A stretch of DNA of 64,000 bases from Candidatus Eiseniibacteriota bacterium (GCA_963823555.1 CAWGMA010000001.1:1920001-1984000); one strand, 5' to 3'. Positions 1 through 10,308 are shown, counted from the first letter of the stretch. A program made the numbers and translations. Notes: generated by a model not told the origin, from the letters alone.

Positions 1-1209
1 GCGGTCTATGACGACAGCGCACGGTTCTGGGGGCGCATCTTCGGCATCAACTTCGCCCTCGGTGTGGTCACCGGAATCCCGATGGAATTCCAGTTCGGAA
101 CCAACTGGGCGCAGTTCTCGCACAGCGCTGGCGCGGTCATCGGCCAGCTGCTGGCCATGGAGGGGATCTTCTCCTTCTTCCTCGAATCGACCTTCCTCGG
201 GCTCTTCCTCTTCGGTGAGCGGCGACTGGGCCCGCGCGGACACTGGTGGGCCGCTTTCATGGTGTTCCTAGGAGCCTGGGCTTCCGGCTACTTCATCGTC
301 GCCGCCGATGCTTGGATGCAGCGCCCCGTGGGGTACACGATCACGCCTGAGGGAATGATCGAGCTCGCGAGCCTGACGGCGCTTCTCTTGAACGAGTGGG
401 CGCTCTGGCAATACGCGCACACCATGCTGGGGTCGGTGGTCACCGCCAGCTGCGCCATGGCCGCCGTGGGAGCCTTCTACCTGCTATCCCACCGCCTAAC
501 CGCCCACGGCCGGGTCTTCGTCCGACTCGGTGTCGCCGCCGGGCTCCTTGCCTCCATTCTCCAGGCCTTCCCTACCGGCGATCGCCAGGGCCAGATGGTG
601 GCCCGCCATCAGCCGGTCACGCTGGCCGCCATGGAGGGTCTGTTCCACACCGAATCCGGAGCTCCTCTCGCCCTCGTCGGCCAGCCCGACATGAGCCGTC
701 TCGAGCTCGACAATCCGATTCTCGTTCCGCGCATGCTGAGCTTCCTCACCTACCAGCGCTGGCAGGCCGAAGTCGCCGGGCTCACGGACTATCCCGTCGC
801 GGACTGGCCGGACAACGTGCCGCTCGTCTACTACAGCTATCACATCATGGTCGGGCTCGGAACGCTCTTCATCGCCTTGATGTCGGTTGCTGCGTTCCTC
901 CTGTGGCGGGGGCGACTGTTCTCTTCCCGCGCCGTCTTGTGGGCTCTCCTGCTGAGCTTGCCCTTCCCCTACATCGCCAACACGGCGGGCTGGATCACGG
1001 CGGAGGTCGGTCGTCAGCCCTGGCTCATCTATGGGCTCATGCGCACGCGAGAAGGCGCTTCGGCGCAGGTTTCAGCTGGAAACGCCTGGTTCACCTTGCT
1101 CGGCTTCCTCGGCCTCTATACGGTGCTCTCGGTGCTCTTCCTGTTCATGATCCGGCGCGAGATCGAGCGCGGCCCGGTGCCCTCCGCCGGCCCCGCCCGG
1201 CCCGCGTAG
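1..1209 (+). CDS. cydA: Cytochrome bd ubiquinol oxidase subunit I (5'-truncated by window edge)
   Basis: Frame is open from base 1 (AVYDDSARFWGRIFGINFALGVVTG). Motifs MEFQFGTNW, EGIFSFFLES, QPVTLAAMEG and GWITAEVGRQPW are present. Confidence 0.96.
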   Translation, partial: AVYDDSARFWGRIFGINFALGVVTGIPMEFQFGTNWAQFSHSAGAVIGQLLAMEGIFSFFLESTFLGLFLFGERRLGPRGHWWAAFMVFLGAWASGYFIVAADAWMQRPVGYTITPEGMIELASLTALLLNEWALWQYAHTMLGSVVTASCAMAAVGAFYLLSHRLTAHGRVFVRLGVAAGLLASILQAFPTGDRQGQMVARHQPVTLAAMEGLFHTESGAPLALVGQPDMSRLELDNPILVPRMLSFLTYQRWQAEVAGLTDYPVADWPDNVPLVYYSYHIMVGLGTLFIALMSVAAFLLWRGRLFSSRAVLWALLLSLPFPYIANTAGWITAEVGRQPWLIYGLMRTREGASAQVSAGNAWFTLLGFLGLYTVLSVLFLFMIRREIERGPVPSAGPARPA

Positions 1210-1219
1210 GAGCAAAGCG

Positions 1220-2260
1220 ATGGAGACAGTCTGGTTCAGCCTCATCGCCTTGATGATCACGCTCTATGTCGTCTTCGACGGCTTCGACCTCGGCACCGGC
1301 ATGGTGCAGCTCATGGTGGCGCGGACAGCGGAGGAACGGCGACTCATCCTCCGCACCATCGGTCCGGTGTGGGACGGCAACGAGGTCTGGCTGCTCGCCG
1401 CGGGAGGCTCGCTCTACTTCGCCTTTCCCCTGCTCTACGCCTCGGGGCTCTCTGGATTCTACCTGCCGATCATGATCGCGCTCTGGTTGCTCATCCTGCG
1501 CGGTATCGCGGTCGAGTTCCGCAACCACCTCGCCGGCCCGATCTGGGCGCCATTCTGGGATGCGGTCTTCGCTCTCGCCAGTGCGCTCCTTGCGCTCACC
1601 TTCGGGGCGGCCCTGGGCAACGTCGTTCGCGGCGTCCCGCTGGATGCCGCTGGCACCTTCTTCGTCCCCCTGTGGACCGATTTCCGCGTCGGTCCCCAGC
1701 CCGGCGCGCTCGACTGGTACACCGGGCTCGTCGCCCTGGCAGCGGCCGCCGCGCTCCTGGTGCATGGCGCCTCCTGGGTGGCCATGAAGGCTCCGCTTGC
1801 CCTGGCCGCGCGGGCCCGAAACCTGGCCTGGCGATCCTGGTGGCTCGTCGCCGTCCTCACCATCGGCGTCACCATCGCCACTTTCAACGTTCAACCGCAG
1901 ATATCGATCAGCCTCGCCGCCACCCCCCTCGGTTTCCTCGGTCCTGCGCTCGCCCTGAGCGGCATCGCCGCCGGCCTCGTCCAGATCCGACGTCGAGCGG
2001 ATGTGCTGGCCTTCCTCGCCTCGACCCTGTACCTGATCGGCATGCTGGGCAGCGTCTTCGTCGGCCTCTATCCAGTCATCCTCCCGGCCAGCGGCGACCC
2101 CACGCTCGCTCTCACGGTTGAAAATGCCGCGGCCGGGGAGCATGGCCTCCGGGTCGCCCTTCGGTGGTGGATTCCGGGCATCCTGCTGGTCGCCTCGTAC
2201 TTCATCCTCACCTATCGCCACTTTTCCGGCCGCGTGAGCCCTGCCGCGGAAGGGCATTGA
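1220..2260 (+). CDS. cydB: Cytochrome bd ubiquinol oxidase subunit II
   Basis: YVVFDGFDLGTG and IGPVWDGNEVWL motifs; AGGAG RBS; directly follows cydA. Confidence 0.96.
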   Translation: METVWFSLIALMITLYVVFDGFDLGTGMVQLMVARTAEERRLILRTIGPVWDGNEVWLLAAGGSLYFAFPLLYASGLSGFYLPIMIALWLLILRGIAVEFRNHLAGPIWAPFWDAVFALASALLALTFGAALGNVVRGVPLDAAGTFFVPLWTDFRVGPQPGALDWYTGLVALAAAAALLVHGASWVAMKAPLALAARARNLAWRSWWLVAVLTIGVTIATFNVQPQISISLAATPLGFLGPALALSGIAAGLVQIRRRADVLAFLASTLYLIGMLGSVFVGLYPVILPASGDPTLALTVENAAAGEHGLRVALRWWIPGILLVASYFILTYRHFSGRVSPAAEGH

Positions 2261-2343
2261 TCGGTCCCTCCCCGTCATGTGGCGGCACCGCTGGCCACGA
2301 CGGCTCGTGACACGCCTGCGAGCTGAGCCTACAATGCACCCCC

Positions 2344-4197
2344 ATGGGTGGGATTGTGGGAATCGTCGGAGCGCCGGAACCAGTCGAGGCACGGGTCGTC
2401 CTCGCCATGCGCGATCGCCTTGCTCACCGCGGGCCCGATGATGCGGGAATCGCCTTCTCCCGGGATGGACACACGGCATTCGGCCACCGCCGGCTCGCCA
2501 TCCTCGACCCGAGCCCCGCCGGCCACCAGCCGATGCAGAACCGCGGACGCACGCTTCTTGCCACCTACAACGGCGAGATCTACAACTTCCGGGAGATCGG
2601 CGCCGAGCTCGAGCGAGCCGGATACAGCTTCTTGAGCCGCTCCGACACCGAAGTGCTGCTCGCTGCATTCGAACACTGGGGGCTCGACGCCGTGGAGCGC
2701 CTCCACGGCATGTTCGCCTTCGCGCTGTGGAGCGAGGAAATGCGCGAGTGCATGCTCGTGCGTGACCGCGTCGGCATGAAGCCGCTCTACTACGCGATCG
2801 TCAACGGCGTTCTCTACTTCGCTTCCGAAGCCACCGCCCTGCACGCCGTGCCCGAGATTCCCAAGGACCTCGACCCGGCGGCTCTCGGCGATTACCTGGC
2901 CTACGGCTATGTCCCCGGTTCCCGTTCGATCTGGCGCGGGATCCACAAGCTCCCTCCCGGCCATTTCCTGGTCTTCGCCGACGGCAAGCCGATCATCCGC
3001 CGCTACTGGTCCCCTCCCGCCAGCCCCGACCCGCGCACTCCCGCCGATGCCGCCACGCTGCGCTCGGAGCTCGAGGCCGCCGTCCATCTGGCGATGGTAT
3101 CCGACGTGCCGATCGCGGCGTTCCTCTCCGGCGGCCTCGACTCCTCGACCATCGTGGCGCTGATGCCCGGCGGTGACGAACCGGTGCACTCCTACACCGT
3201 CGATTTTGCTGCCGCCGAGCCCTCCGGGGCGGAGGTCGCGCGCCTCGTGGCCCAGCATTGCGGCACGGATCACCGTGAACGCCGGGTCACGCTCGATCTG
3301 TCACTCGCCGCCCTGACCCGCGTCATCGCCGCCTTTGACGAACCGATCGCCGACGAGTCGATCGTCCCCGCCTTCTTCATCTCCGAGGAAGTGGCGCGAG
3401 ATGTGAAGGTCGTCGTCTCCGGCGATGGCAGCCATGAGATCTTCGCCGGCCATCGCCGGTATCCCAAGCTCGAGCGCATCGAGGGGCTGCGCCAGCGGTT
3501 CGCCCCGCTGGCCGCGCCCCTGGCGGGAATCGCCCGGTGGCTGCCCAGATCCCGGCCCACGCTGGCGCGGGTGGCCCACCGGTTCGATCTCCTGGGCGGC
3601 CCGACGCTCGAGAATTACTTTCGCCAGGTCGGCTACTTCGACGGCGCCTCCCGCGCCGCACTCGTGGCACCGGCTCTCGCTCCCCACATGAGCGATGATG
3701 CGCTCTGGCTCTTCCGCGGCTACTGGCGACCGGAGCTGCCCCTCGTGCGCCGGCTGCAATTCCTCGATTTCAACACCTACCTGGCAGACGACGTCCTGCC
3801 CAAGCTGGATCGCACCAGCATGCGGCACTCGCTGGAGACGCGGGTCCCGCTCCTGGATCACCGTCTCGTCGAACACGCATTCCGACTCCCGCTGGATGCC
3901 ATGTATCGGGCGGGGACCGGCAAGCGACTCCTGCGCGAGGTGTCCCGGGATCTGCTGCCCGAGGCGATCCAAGCCGAGCCGCTGCCGGGATTCAGCGCCC
4001 CCCGCACGCCATGGCGGGAGCGCGGCCTCGGTGCCTTCGAGGCGGAGCGATTGCGGAACGGATTTCTCCTCGGGCACGGCCTGGTCCGGCGGGCGGGGGT
4101 CGAGTCGCTCCTCACGCAACCGGATATCGGCCGCAATTCGAACCGCATCTGGCTCCTGCTGGTCCTCGATCTCTGGCTCGAAGCCCACTTCGGTTGA
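2344..4197 (+). CDS. asnB: Asparagine synthetase (AsnB)-like amidotransferase with non-canonical N-terminus
   Basis: HRGPDD, GHRRLAILD, YNGEIYNF, RDRVGMKPLYY and FLSGGLDSS motifs. It begins MGGIVG rather than MCGIxG. Confidence 0.88.
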   Translation: MGGIVGIVGAPEPVEARVVLAMRDRLAHRGPDDAGIAFSRDGHTAFGHRRLAILDPSPAGHQPMQNRGRTLLATYNGEIYNFREIGAELERAGYSFLSRSDTEVLLAAFEHWGLDAVERLHGMFAFALWSEEMRECMLVRDRVGMKPLYYAIVNGVLYFASEATALHAVPEIPKDLDPAALGDYLAYGYVPGSRSIWRGIHKLPPGHFLVFADGKPIIRRYWSPPASPDPRTPADAATLRSELEAAVHLAMVSDVPIAAFLSGGLDSSTIVALMPGGDEPVHSYTVDFAAAEPSGAEVARLVAQHCGTDHRERRVTLDLSLAALTRVIAAFDEPIADESIVPAFFISEEVARDVKVVVSGDGSHEIFAGHRRYPKLERIEGLRQRFAPLAAPLAGIARWLPRSRPTLARVAHRFDLLGGPTLENYFRQVGYFDGASRAALVAPALAPHMSDDALWLFRGYWRPELPLVRRLQFLDFNTYLADDVLPKLDRTSMRHSLETRVPLLDHRLVEHAFRLPLDAMYRAGTGKRLLREVSRDLLPEAIQAEPLPGFSAPRTPWRERGLGAFEAERLRNGFLLGHGLVRRAGVESLLTQPDIGRNSNRIWLLLVLDLWLEAHFG

Positions 4198-4234
4198 TGC
4201 CGGCCACCGCTGCAGCAGCTGCCTTCTCCGCGGA

Positions 4235-5917
4235 TCAGGCCAGGCTGGCGTAGACCTTCGCCCACCGCTCCTCGACCGCCTCCAGCCGGAACCGATCCAG
4301 CACGGCGGCGCGCGCTCCAGCACCCAGGCGCCGCCGTCTCTCCGCATCCATCAGGAGCTCCTGGATCGCCGCCGCCAGCGGTCCTGGTTCGGCGGGCGGG
4401 ACGAGGACCCCGCTGACCTCGCTCTCGATCACTTCCAGGTTGCCGGGCACGGCGGTGGCGACGATGGCCAAGCCACACGCCATCCCCTCCAGCAACACAA
4501 TCGAGAGTCCCTCGGAACGCGAAGGCTGGACCAAAAGATCGGCCGCCTGGTAGTAGCAGCGGGTGTCGGGGACACGACCCACAAGCGTCATGGATGGGTG
4601 CGTCGGGGAGAGTTGCAGAGAACCACGCCCCACGATGGCGAGGCGTGCCTGGGGGCAGATCGATGCCACCGCTGGCCACGCCTCGCAGAGCACGTCGACT
4701 CCCTTGACAGGCTCCAGGCGACCGACATAGAGCACCAGGAGCTCGCCATCCCGCAGGCCGAGCTCGCGTCGTGCGCCGGCGCGATCGGCGGCGGGAGCGA
4801 AGGTCGCCGTATCGACCCCGGTCGGCACGACCTCGACATTCTCGAGGCCGGCCGCTCGCGCTGCACCGGCCAACGCATCGCTCACGGCAGCCACACGATC
4901 CACGATGCGAAGGGCGAGCAACCGACCTCGGCTCCGGAAGTCGCGGCCATCCGGCACATCCCCTCCGACCAGGAGGGCGACGGCCGGCGGCCCCCCCAGC
5001 CGGCGGGCCAGAGCCGCCACGACGGCTGGAGTCCGCGCCTGGTGAGCGTGCAGGACGTCGAACCGGCCTCGCCTGCGGAGCGTCCAGCCAAGCGCGGCCA
5101 GGAGGAAACCCGGGCCACCGAGAAACCAGGCGCCGACGCGCCTGACGCCCACCGGTCCCATACCGTCGAGTTCCGGCAGACCGCGGCGACGGCGGGTGAG
5201 AACCTCCACCTCGTCGCCGGCCCGCACCTGCAGGCGAGACAATTCCTCCACCTGGCGCTCGGCCCCGCCGATGAGCGGTGCGAAGCTGCTGATGATGTGC
5301 AGCACGCGCCGGCGTGGCGGTCGTTCCGGTGGCAGGCACTCGAGGATGCGGCGCGCACGACGCACCCAGGCGTCGCCGACGTCCTCGGTATCGGGAACCA
5401 CCACGATCTTGTCCTGGTCGAGCCCCTCTCCGACGAGGCGCGCCACCTGATCGCTTCCAGAGAGAACGACCCGTTGGACGAGCGGAGAACGCAAGACCGG
5501 AAGGTGCCACGGCTCCACCCCCCCGCGGAGACGGGAGGGGACCGCCTCGAACACGTGCTTGACGCCGCCGCGGGCGAGCGCGACCGAGGCGTGAGTGTTC
5601 TGACACAGGACCAGTTCCCAGGCGCGCCGGCGTCCCAGGCGGCGCGCCGCGAGACCGAAGAGAATCGAGCCCGCCCTGGTCCCGATGCCCGAGACCGGCA
5701 CGCGGTGAATGTCGAAGCGATGCTCGATGCCATGGAGGTCGAGGGGATCCCCGGACCGGGCTCGCGGCGTTTCGCGGTCGTGGCCCCGGGCGACCATGAG
5801 CGTGACCTCGCTCCCGAGCTCCGCGAAACCGCCGGCCGTGTTCACGACGCGGATGGAATCGGTGGACATCGACGGCACACGCGTGTCGATATCCGCGATG
5901 TAGAGGATCTGCCCCAA
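4235..5917 (-). CDS. Family 4 (GT-B) glycosyltransferase with an extra N-terminal GT4-like acceptor domain
   Basis: C-terminal LYVGRLEPVKGVD and PSRSEGLSIVLLEGMACG motifs. TTG start at 5917 inferred from an AAGGGG RBS. Confidence 0.85.
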   Translation of the reverse strand: MGQILYIADIDTRVPSMSTDSIRVVNTAGGFAELGSEVTLMVARGHDRETPRARSGDPLDLHGIEHRFDIHRVPVSGIGTRAGSILFGLAARRLGRRRAWELVLCQNTHASVALARGGVKHVFEAVPSRLRGGVEPWHLPVLRSPLVQRVVLSGSDQVARLVGEGLDQDKIVVVPDTEDVGDAWVRRARRILECLPPERPPRRRVLHIISSFAPLIGGAERQVEELSRLQVRAGDEVEVLTRRRRGLPELDGMGPVGVRRVGAWFLGGPGFLLAALGWTLRRRGRFDVLHAHQARTPAVVAALARRLGGPPAVALLVGGDVPDGRDFRSRGRLLALRIVDRVAAVSDALAGAARAAGLENVEVVPTGVDTATFAPAADRAGARRELGLRDGELLVLYVGRLEPVKGVDVLCEAWPAVASICPQARLAIVGRGSLQLSPTHPSMTLVGRVPDTRCYYQAADLLVQPSRSEGLSIVLLEGMACGLAIVATAVPGNLEVIESEVSGVLVPPAEPGPLAAAIQELLMDAERRRRLGAGARAAVLDRFRLEAVEERWAKVYASLA

Positions 5918-6064
5918 GAAAAGCCCCTTACGATCACGCGTCAACTCACGTGATGACGCGGCGCATGGCTGCTCCGCATCGAACCATGCTGACGAAGCAG
6001 CAAAAGGCCGGCGGATCTTAGTGGAGCCATCAGCACCACGCAACGATCTGCTTCACGCTCGTGA

Positions 6065-7795
6065 TTACATCGAACGGGTTGCCCGCGCCAGCGACGATGC
6101 CAGACCATCGGCGATCCGCGCCAGTCGCGAATAGACGCGATCGAAATCCGCAGCATCACCGAAGGCTGGATCTGGAATCTCTGGAGAGACGATTCGCATC
6201 GGGTCATACCGTGCTGCCAGTGCGACCTTGCCCGCCGCTTGCGGATAGGCAGCCAGCAGGCGATCACGCTGATCCACGGTCATCACGAGGACGAGATTCG
6301 AGCTGGCAACCTGGTTCAGCGTAACCGGCTGCGAACGGTGCGCGGCCAGCTCGACGCCATGGCGCGCGGCCGCTTCACCGGCGAGCGGCGGTGCCGGATG
6401 GCCGAGCGCGGCCTTCAGGCCCCCCGATTCGATGGTGACCCGAGTCCCGGCGCCCACAGCACCGAGCCGGGCCCGTAGCCGATGCTCGAGGTACGGGCTG
6501 CGACAGATGTTGCCATCGCAGAGGACCAGGACACGATGGGCTCGAGTTCGGCGCGGAGCACCGCTGGCAGCGTGCGTTACGACCGCCAGGCCGAGGCGCA
6601 ACACGCCCACGACCTTGGCCGCTGCCCGTGCCCCGAAGATCCTGATCTCGGACACAGCCGGAGCGAGATCATCGCCTCTCTCCACCTCGAGATGCTCGCG
6701 GCCCAGGAGCCCGAGCCAGGCTCCAAGAAACCAGTCGGGGATCAGGCGCCAGAGCCCCCGCCAACCCTGTTCGCGGCGGGCCGCAAGATCGAGCGTGAGG
6801 TGACGCATGCGAAGGCCGACCTGGGGGGTGGATGGTCGCGCCGGCGGGGCGGGAGCGGAGGCATCGCGAGCCAGCTCGACCGCCCTCCGCGGAAGATCAA
6901 CGCCAGCCGCCATTGCCAGCGCCAGGGTCGGGCTCGGGCCGGGGCGCGCATCGGTGAGCACGAAGTCCCCGTTGCGTTCGATGAACTCGAAGGCGATAAG
7001 ACCGGTCGCCGGCCCAATGGGCGACACGAAAGCCCGAGCCCGCGCCACCAGTTCGGGATCGACCGCCATGGTCTCGGAATGGCAAGGCTCCAGGCGGAGC
7101 GCGCCGCGACCGGCGAGCGCCTCGACCTGGCAGGCGAGAACGGGCTCACCATGCGCCCAGAGGAGATCGAGGATGATCGGCCTTCCCTCCTCGGGGATCT
7201 CGGCCACGGCCGGGCCGAGGGTCAGGATCTCGGCGCACGAGCGCAGGAAAGCATGGCAGTCGAAGGCCACCAGGCCCCGCTCACGAGCGCCGCGCCCACC
7301 CTTTCCCCATACCACGCGCCTTGCCGGCCGCACCCGGACCGGAAAGGACATCTCCGCGGCCAGGCGTTGCGCCTGATCGAGATCATCGACGGCCACCCCG
7401 AGCGGCATCCTGATGCCGGTGGCAGCGGCATGGACCAGGATCTCGCGCCGATCGTTCAGCAGCCCGAGCAGCGCCGCGGACGGCATCACCAGGCGCGTGA
7501 GGCCGGCAATCTCGGCGCGCCCGTCAGCCAGAGCAGCCAGAGTCACATCACCGGTAGCGAAGAGGAAAGCGGGACGGCGGCGTTCGAGCTCGGCACGGAC
7601 CGAGGCGGCGAAGACCGCGGGCTGGCCGGAAAGGGGGTCTGGAAGCTGGACCGAAGCCCGGGTGTGGCGCGAGGAGCGAGCCAGCTCGCCCTCACCTACC
7701 GCCAGGGAGACGGCGAATCCCGCCCTCCCCAGCGAACGCACCACCGCCAGCGCAACTCGGTCGGAATCGGCGAGGAGGAGAACCTCCTCAGCCAT
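6065..7795 (-). CDS. ATP-grasp (carboxylate-amine ligase-like) domain fused to a low-molecular-weight protein tyrosine phosphatase
   Basis: N-terminal ALAVVRSLGRAG...RSSRH and FEFIE...LTDARP...AGVDLP resemble ATP-grasp. The C-terminus has the CDGNICRS P-loop and IPDP general-acid motif. Confidence 0.78.
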   Translation of the reverse strand: MAEEVLLLADSDRVALAVVRSLGRAGFAVSLAVGEGELARSSRHTRASVQLPDPLSGQPAVFAASVRAELERRRPAFLFATGDVTLAALADGRAEIAGLTRLVMPSAALLGLLNDRREILVHAAATGIRMPLGVAVDDLDQAQRLAAEMSFPVRVRPARRVVWGKGGRGARERGLVAFDCHAFLRSCAEILTLGPAVAEIPEEGRPIILDLLWAHGEPVLACQVEALAGRGALRLEPCHSETMAVDPELVARARAFVSPIGPATGLIAFEFIERNGDFVLTDARPGPSPTLALAMAAGVDLPRRAVELARDASAPAPPARPSTPQVGLRMRHLTLDLAARREQGWRGLWRLIPDWFLGAWLGLLGREHLEVERGDDLAPAVSEIRIFGARAAAKVVGVLRLGLAVVTHAASGAPRRTRAHRVLVLCDGNICRSPYLEHRLRARLGAVGAGTRVTIESGGLKAALGHPAPPLAGEAAARHGVELAAHRSQPVTLNQVASSNLVLVMTVDQRDRLLAAYPQAAGKVALAARYDPMRIVSPEIPDPAFGDAADFDRVYSRLARIADGLASSLARATRSM

Positions 7796-9197
7796 GATCG
7801 GCGGCAGAGCCGGAGAAGGCCATGGCCGGTGCTGCCAAGAGCACCCACAACATCACGACCTCCTGATCCCAGAAGTAGGTCTGGAACAGCCCGGCAACCA
7901 GGTACGCGGCAGCCGCGGCCAGGGCGATGAGGAGGAGGTCGCGGCGCGCCACGCGAGCCATCCGACCACGATCGACGGAGTCCACCGCGGCACGCCGCCC
8001 CGCAGCCAGCGCGCGGGCAGCGAGCGCGAGCGATCCGGCCACGATCACGAGATAGCCGGCGAGCCCGAGCGGCCCGCCGTCGAGCAGTGCCCGCATCGGA
8101 TCGGAGTGAGCATGCATGGTCGCCAGGTAGCGCCCGGGAACCTTGTACGCGGGAAACAGCTCTTCGAACCGTCCCGGGGCGATCCCGAGGGGATGATCGG
8201 CCAGCATGCGCACGGATGTCGCAAGCAAGAGCCACCTCGGCGGCGGTTCATGCAGATGGATGCCTTCCCGGATCCGGGCCCTGACGCTCGGATCCGCCAC
8301 GAGCAGAAGCGCAAAGGCAACCACACCCACCAGGACGAGCAGGAGTGGCCGCCGGCCGCGCCGGGCTGCGGCCAGAGCGAGGAGCCCGGTGAGGGCACCG
8401 ACCCATGAGCTTCGCGCGTAACACCAGAGGAGACCGAAGGCGATCGGCACGGCGAGCGCGAAGGGGAGACCTCGCCAGCGTTCTCCGCCCGCAGCGAGGC
8501 CGGCAGCGGCGATCAGGGCGAGCATCGTCGATCCGCCGTACGCCAGATGATGGGAGAACATTCCGGTCGCAATGAAGTGCTCGCCGCGCGCTTCCAGCAC
8601 ACGGTCGCGCAGGAGGTCGACACCGGTGAAGTGCTGCCAGACCGCATAGCAAGCGACGAGGGCCGCCATGGCCACGGCGAGCCCGATCGCGCGCCGGTAG
8701 AGGACCGGATCCCGCCGCGCTGTCACGGCGAGTATCGGCAGAGCCAGCAGGACTCCGTGCTTCCTGAGTGGGTCGCCGAGGTGGGAGAAGGCGCCATTGA
8801 CGAGACACGCCAGCCACTCCCCGGCGAAGACCAGGGCGATTCCCACCAGGAGCCAGCGTGGATACGGCCGCCTCTCACCGTCCCCCCGCTGGGTGATGAG
8901 AAGAAGCAACGCTGCCAGGGCGAGGAGGCTTTGACCGGCGGCCAGGGACAGGGGCAACACCGCTGCGCAGGCCAGGAAGGCCACCTCGGCCAGCGTGGCG
9001 ACGACATGGCGATCAGGATGGACCGGTTCGTCCCCGTGCGGCCGATCATGGCCGCGGGCCTCCCCGTTCTCGGGGGCGATGAGCCGCGTCGCCGCCGAGG
9101 GAATGCCGGCCGCTGCCCCGTGCGACCCGGGAGGGTCGGCCGGGACGTCCCCCTCACGCCGGGGCCCCGGAGGATCGGAGTCGATCGTGGACACCAC
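7788..9197 (-). CDS. O-antigen ligase / Wzy_C family membrane protein
   Basis: Multiple TM helices; ATGMFSHH, YARSSW and HPLGIAPGRF...HAHSD match the Wzy_C loop pattern. Start is uncertain. Confidence 0.78.
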   Translation of the reverse strand: MVSTIDSDPPGPRREGDVPADPPGSHGAAAGIPSAATRLIAPENGEARGHDRPHGDEPVHPDRHVVATLAEVAFLACAAVLPLSLAAGQSLLALAALLLLITQRGDGERRPYPRWLLVGIALVFAGEWLACLVNGAFSHLGDPLRKHGVLLALPILAVTARRDPVLYRRAIGLAVAMAALVACYAVWQHFTGVDLLRDRVLEARGEHFIATGMFSHHLAYGGSTMLALIAAAGLAAGGERWRGLPFALAVPIAFGLLWCYARSSWVGALTGLLALAAARRGRRPLLLVLVGVVAFALLLVADPSVRARIREGIHLHEPPPRWLLLATSVRMLADHPLGIAPGRFEELFPAYKVPGRYLATMHAHSDPMRALLDGGPLGLAGYLVIVAGSLALAARALAAGRRAAVDSVDRGRMARVARRDLLLIALAAAAAYLVAGLFQTYFWDQEVVMLWVLLAAPAMAFSGSAADHG

Positions 9198-9205
9198 CCT
9201 TCTTT

Positions 9206-10108
9206 CTAAGTGTGCTGCCCGCCGTCCTCGCGGCGTGGCAGGGCCTCCAGATCATCCGGGACGTTCGAGGCAACCGGTGCCTCGGACACGCCTCCGGCCC
9301 ACTCCCCTTCCCCGGCGGACGACTCGAGATGGATGAGTTTGGGGTCGACCTCGCTGAGCTTTCCGAGCTGTAGCAGGGCCGCGCGCGCCGCCTCCTGCTC
9401 TGCCTGCTTCTTGTTCGAGCCCCGTCCGTCGCCGAAGGTCTTGCCATGGACGGTCACCTCCACGGTGAACATCTTCTCATGGTCAGGACCTTCCTCGGAG
9501 GAGGTGCGATACCGCGGGTGCGTCTTGTACTCGGCTTGCACCAGCTCCTGCAGGATGTTCTTGTAGTTGGTGTGAGCCCGGTCGGCGAGGATCGCCTCGG
9601 CGCCCGACAGCAGATTCGATCGAACGAACTCGCGGGCTGCCTCGAAGCCACAATCGAGATAGAGAGCGCCGAGCACCGCCTCAAAGGAATCGGCCAGGAT
9701 CGAGGCCCGGCGGCGGCCGCCGGCGTCATCCTCGGCATCGGAGAGCAAGACGAAGTCTCCGAGATCCATCGCCCGCGCCAGACGTGCCAGCACGCTGCGC
9801 GAGACGAGGAGCGACTTCATCTTGGTGAGATCGCCCTCGCGCTTGCCGGGATAGCTCTTGTAGAGATGCTCATTCACGATGAGCTCGAGCACCGAGTCAC
9901 CGAGAAACTCGAGACGCTCGTTGGACAGCTCGACATTGTCGCCGTTGCCCTGGAGGTAGGAGCGATGGGTCAGTGCCTTGCGCAGGAGGCCCTGGTTCGC
10001 GAAGCGAACACCGAGCTTGGACTGGAATGCAGCGAGCCTGGCCGTCTCGTCCTTGCGGACGGCGGGTTTCAGTCCCAAGAGAGCCGCCACGAACGCTCGC
10101 AGTCCCAT
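9206..10108 (-). CDS. rnc: Ribonuclease III
   Basis: ALTHRS and NERLEFLGDSVL signature; dsRBD NYKNILQE...KKQAEQEAA. Confidence 0.96.
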   Translation of the reverse strand: MGLRAFVAALLGLKPAVRKDETARLAAFQSKLGVRFANQGLLRKALTHRSYLQGNGDNVELSNERLEFLGDSVLELIVNEHLYKSYPGKREGDLTKMKSLLVSRSVLARLARAMDLGDFVLLSDAEDDAGGRRRASILADSFEAVLGALYLDCGFEAAREFVRSNLLSGAEAILADRAHTNYKNILQELVQAEYKTHPRYRTSSEEGPDHEKMFTVEVTVHGKTFGDGRGSNKKQAEQEAARAALLQLGKLSEVDPKLIHLESSAGEGEWAGGVSEAPVASNVPDDLEALPRREDGGQHT

Positions 10109-10308
10109 GGCTGCTTGCCTACCTCGTTGCCGTGTCTTCAGAGCCGGACTGCCGGCTCGCTTTGCCGGCTCCCCCTGGATGCGGGCTCGTGAGCGCACCC
10201 AGCTTCCTCTCTACCATACTAGATCGACTCACGCCGTGGGACCCTTGACCTGGGATCAGCACCTGAACCCCCGAATCCCATGGCCCGGACGGGCCTCCGC
10301 TCGCCGCT

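Noticed and set aside
3695..5953. Long antisense or alternate-frame ORFs (also 26644-28191, 38236-40170, 40579-42294, 54146-55681 and many more)
   Set aside because: These are shadow ORFs of real genes, expected at high GC, and carry no recognisable motifs.
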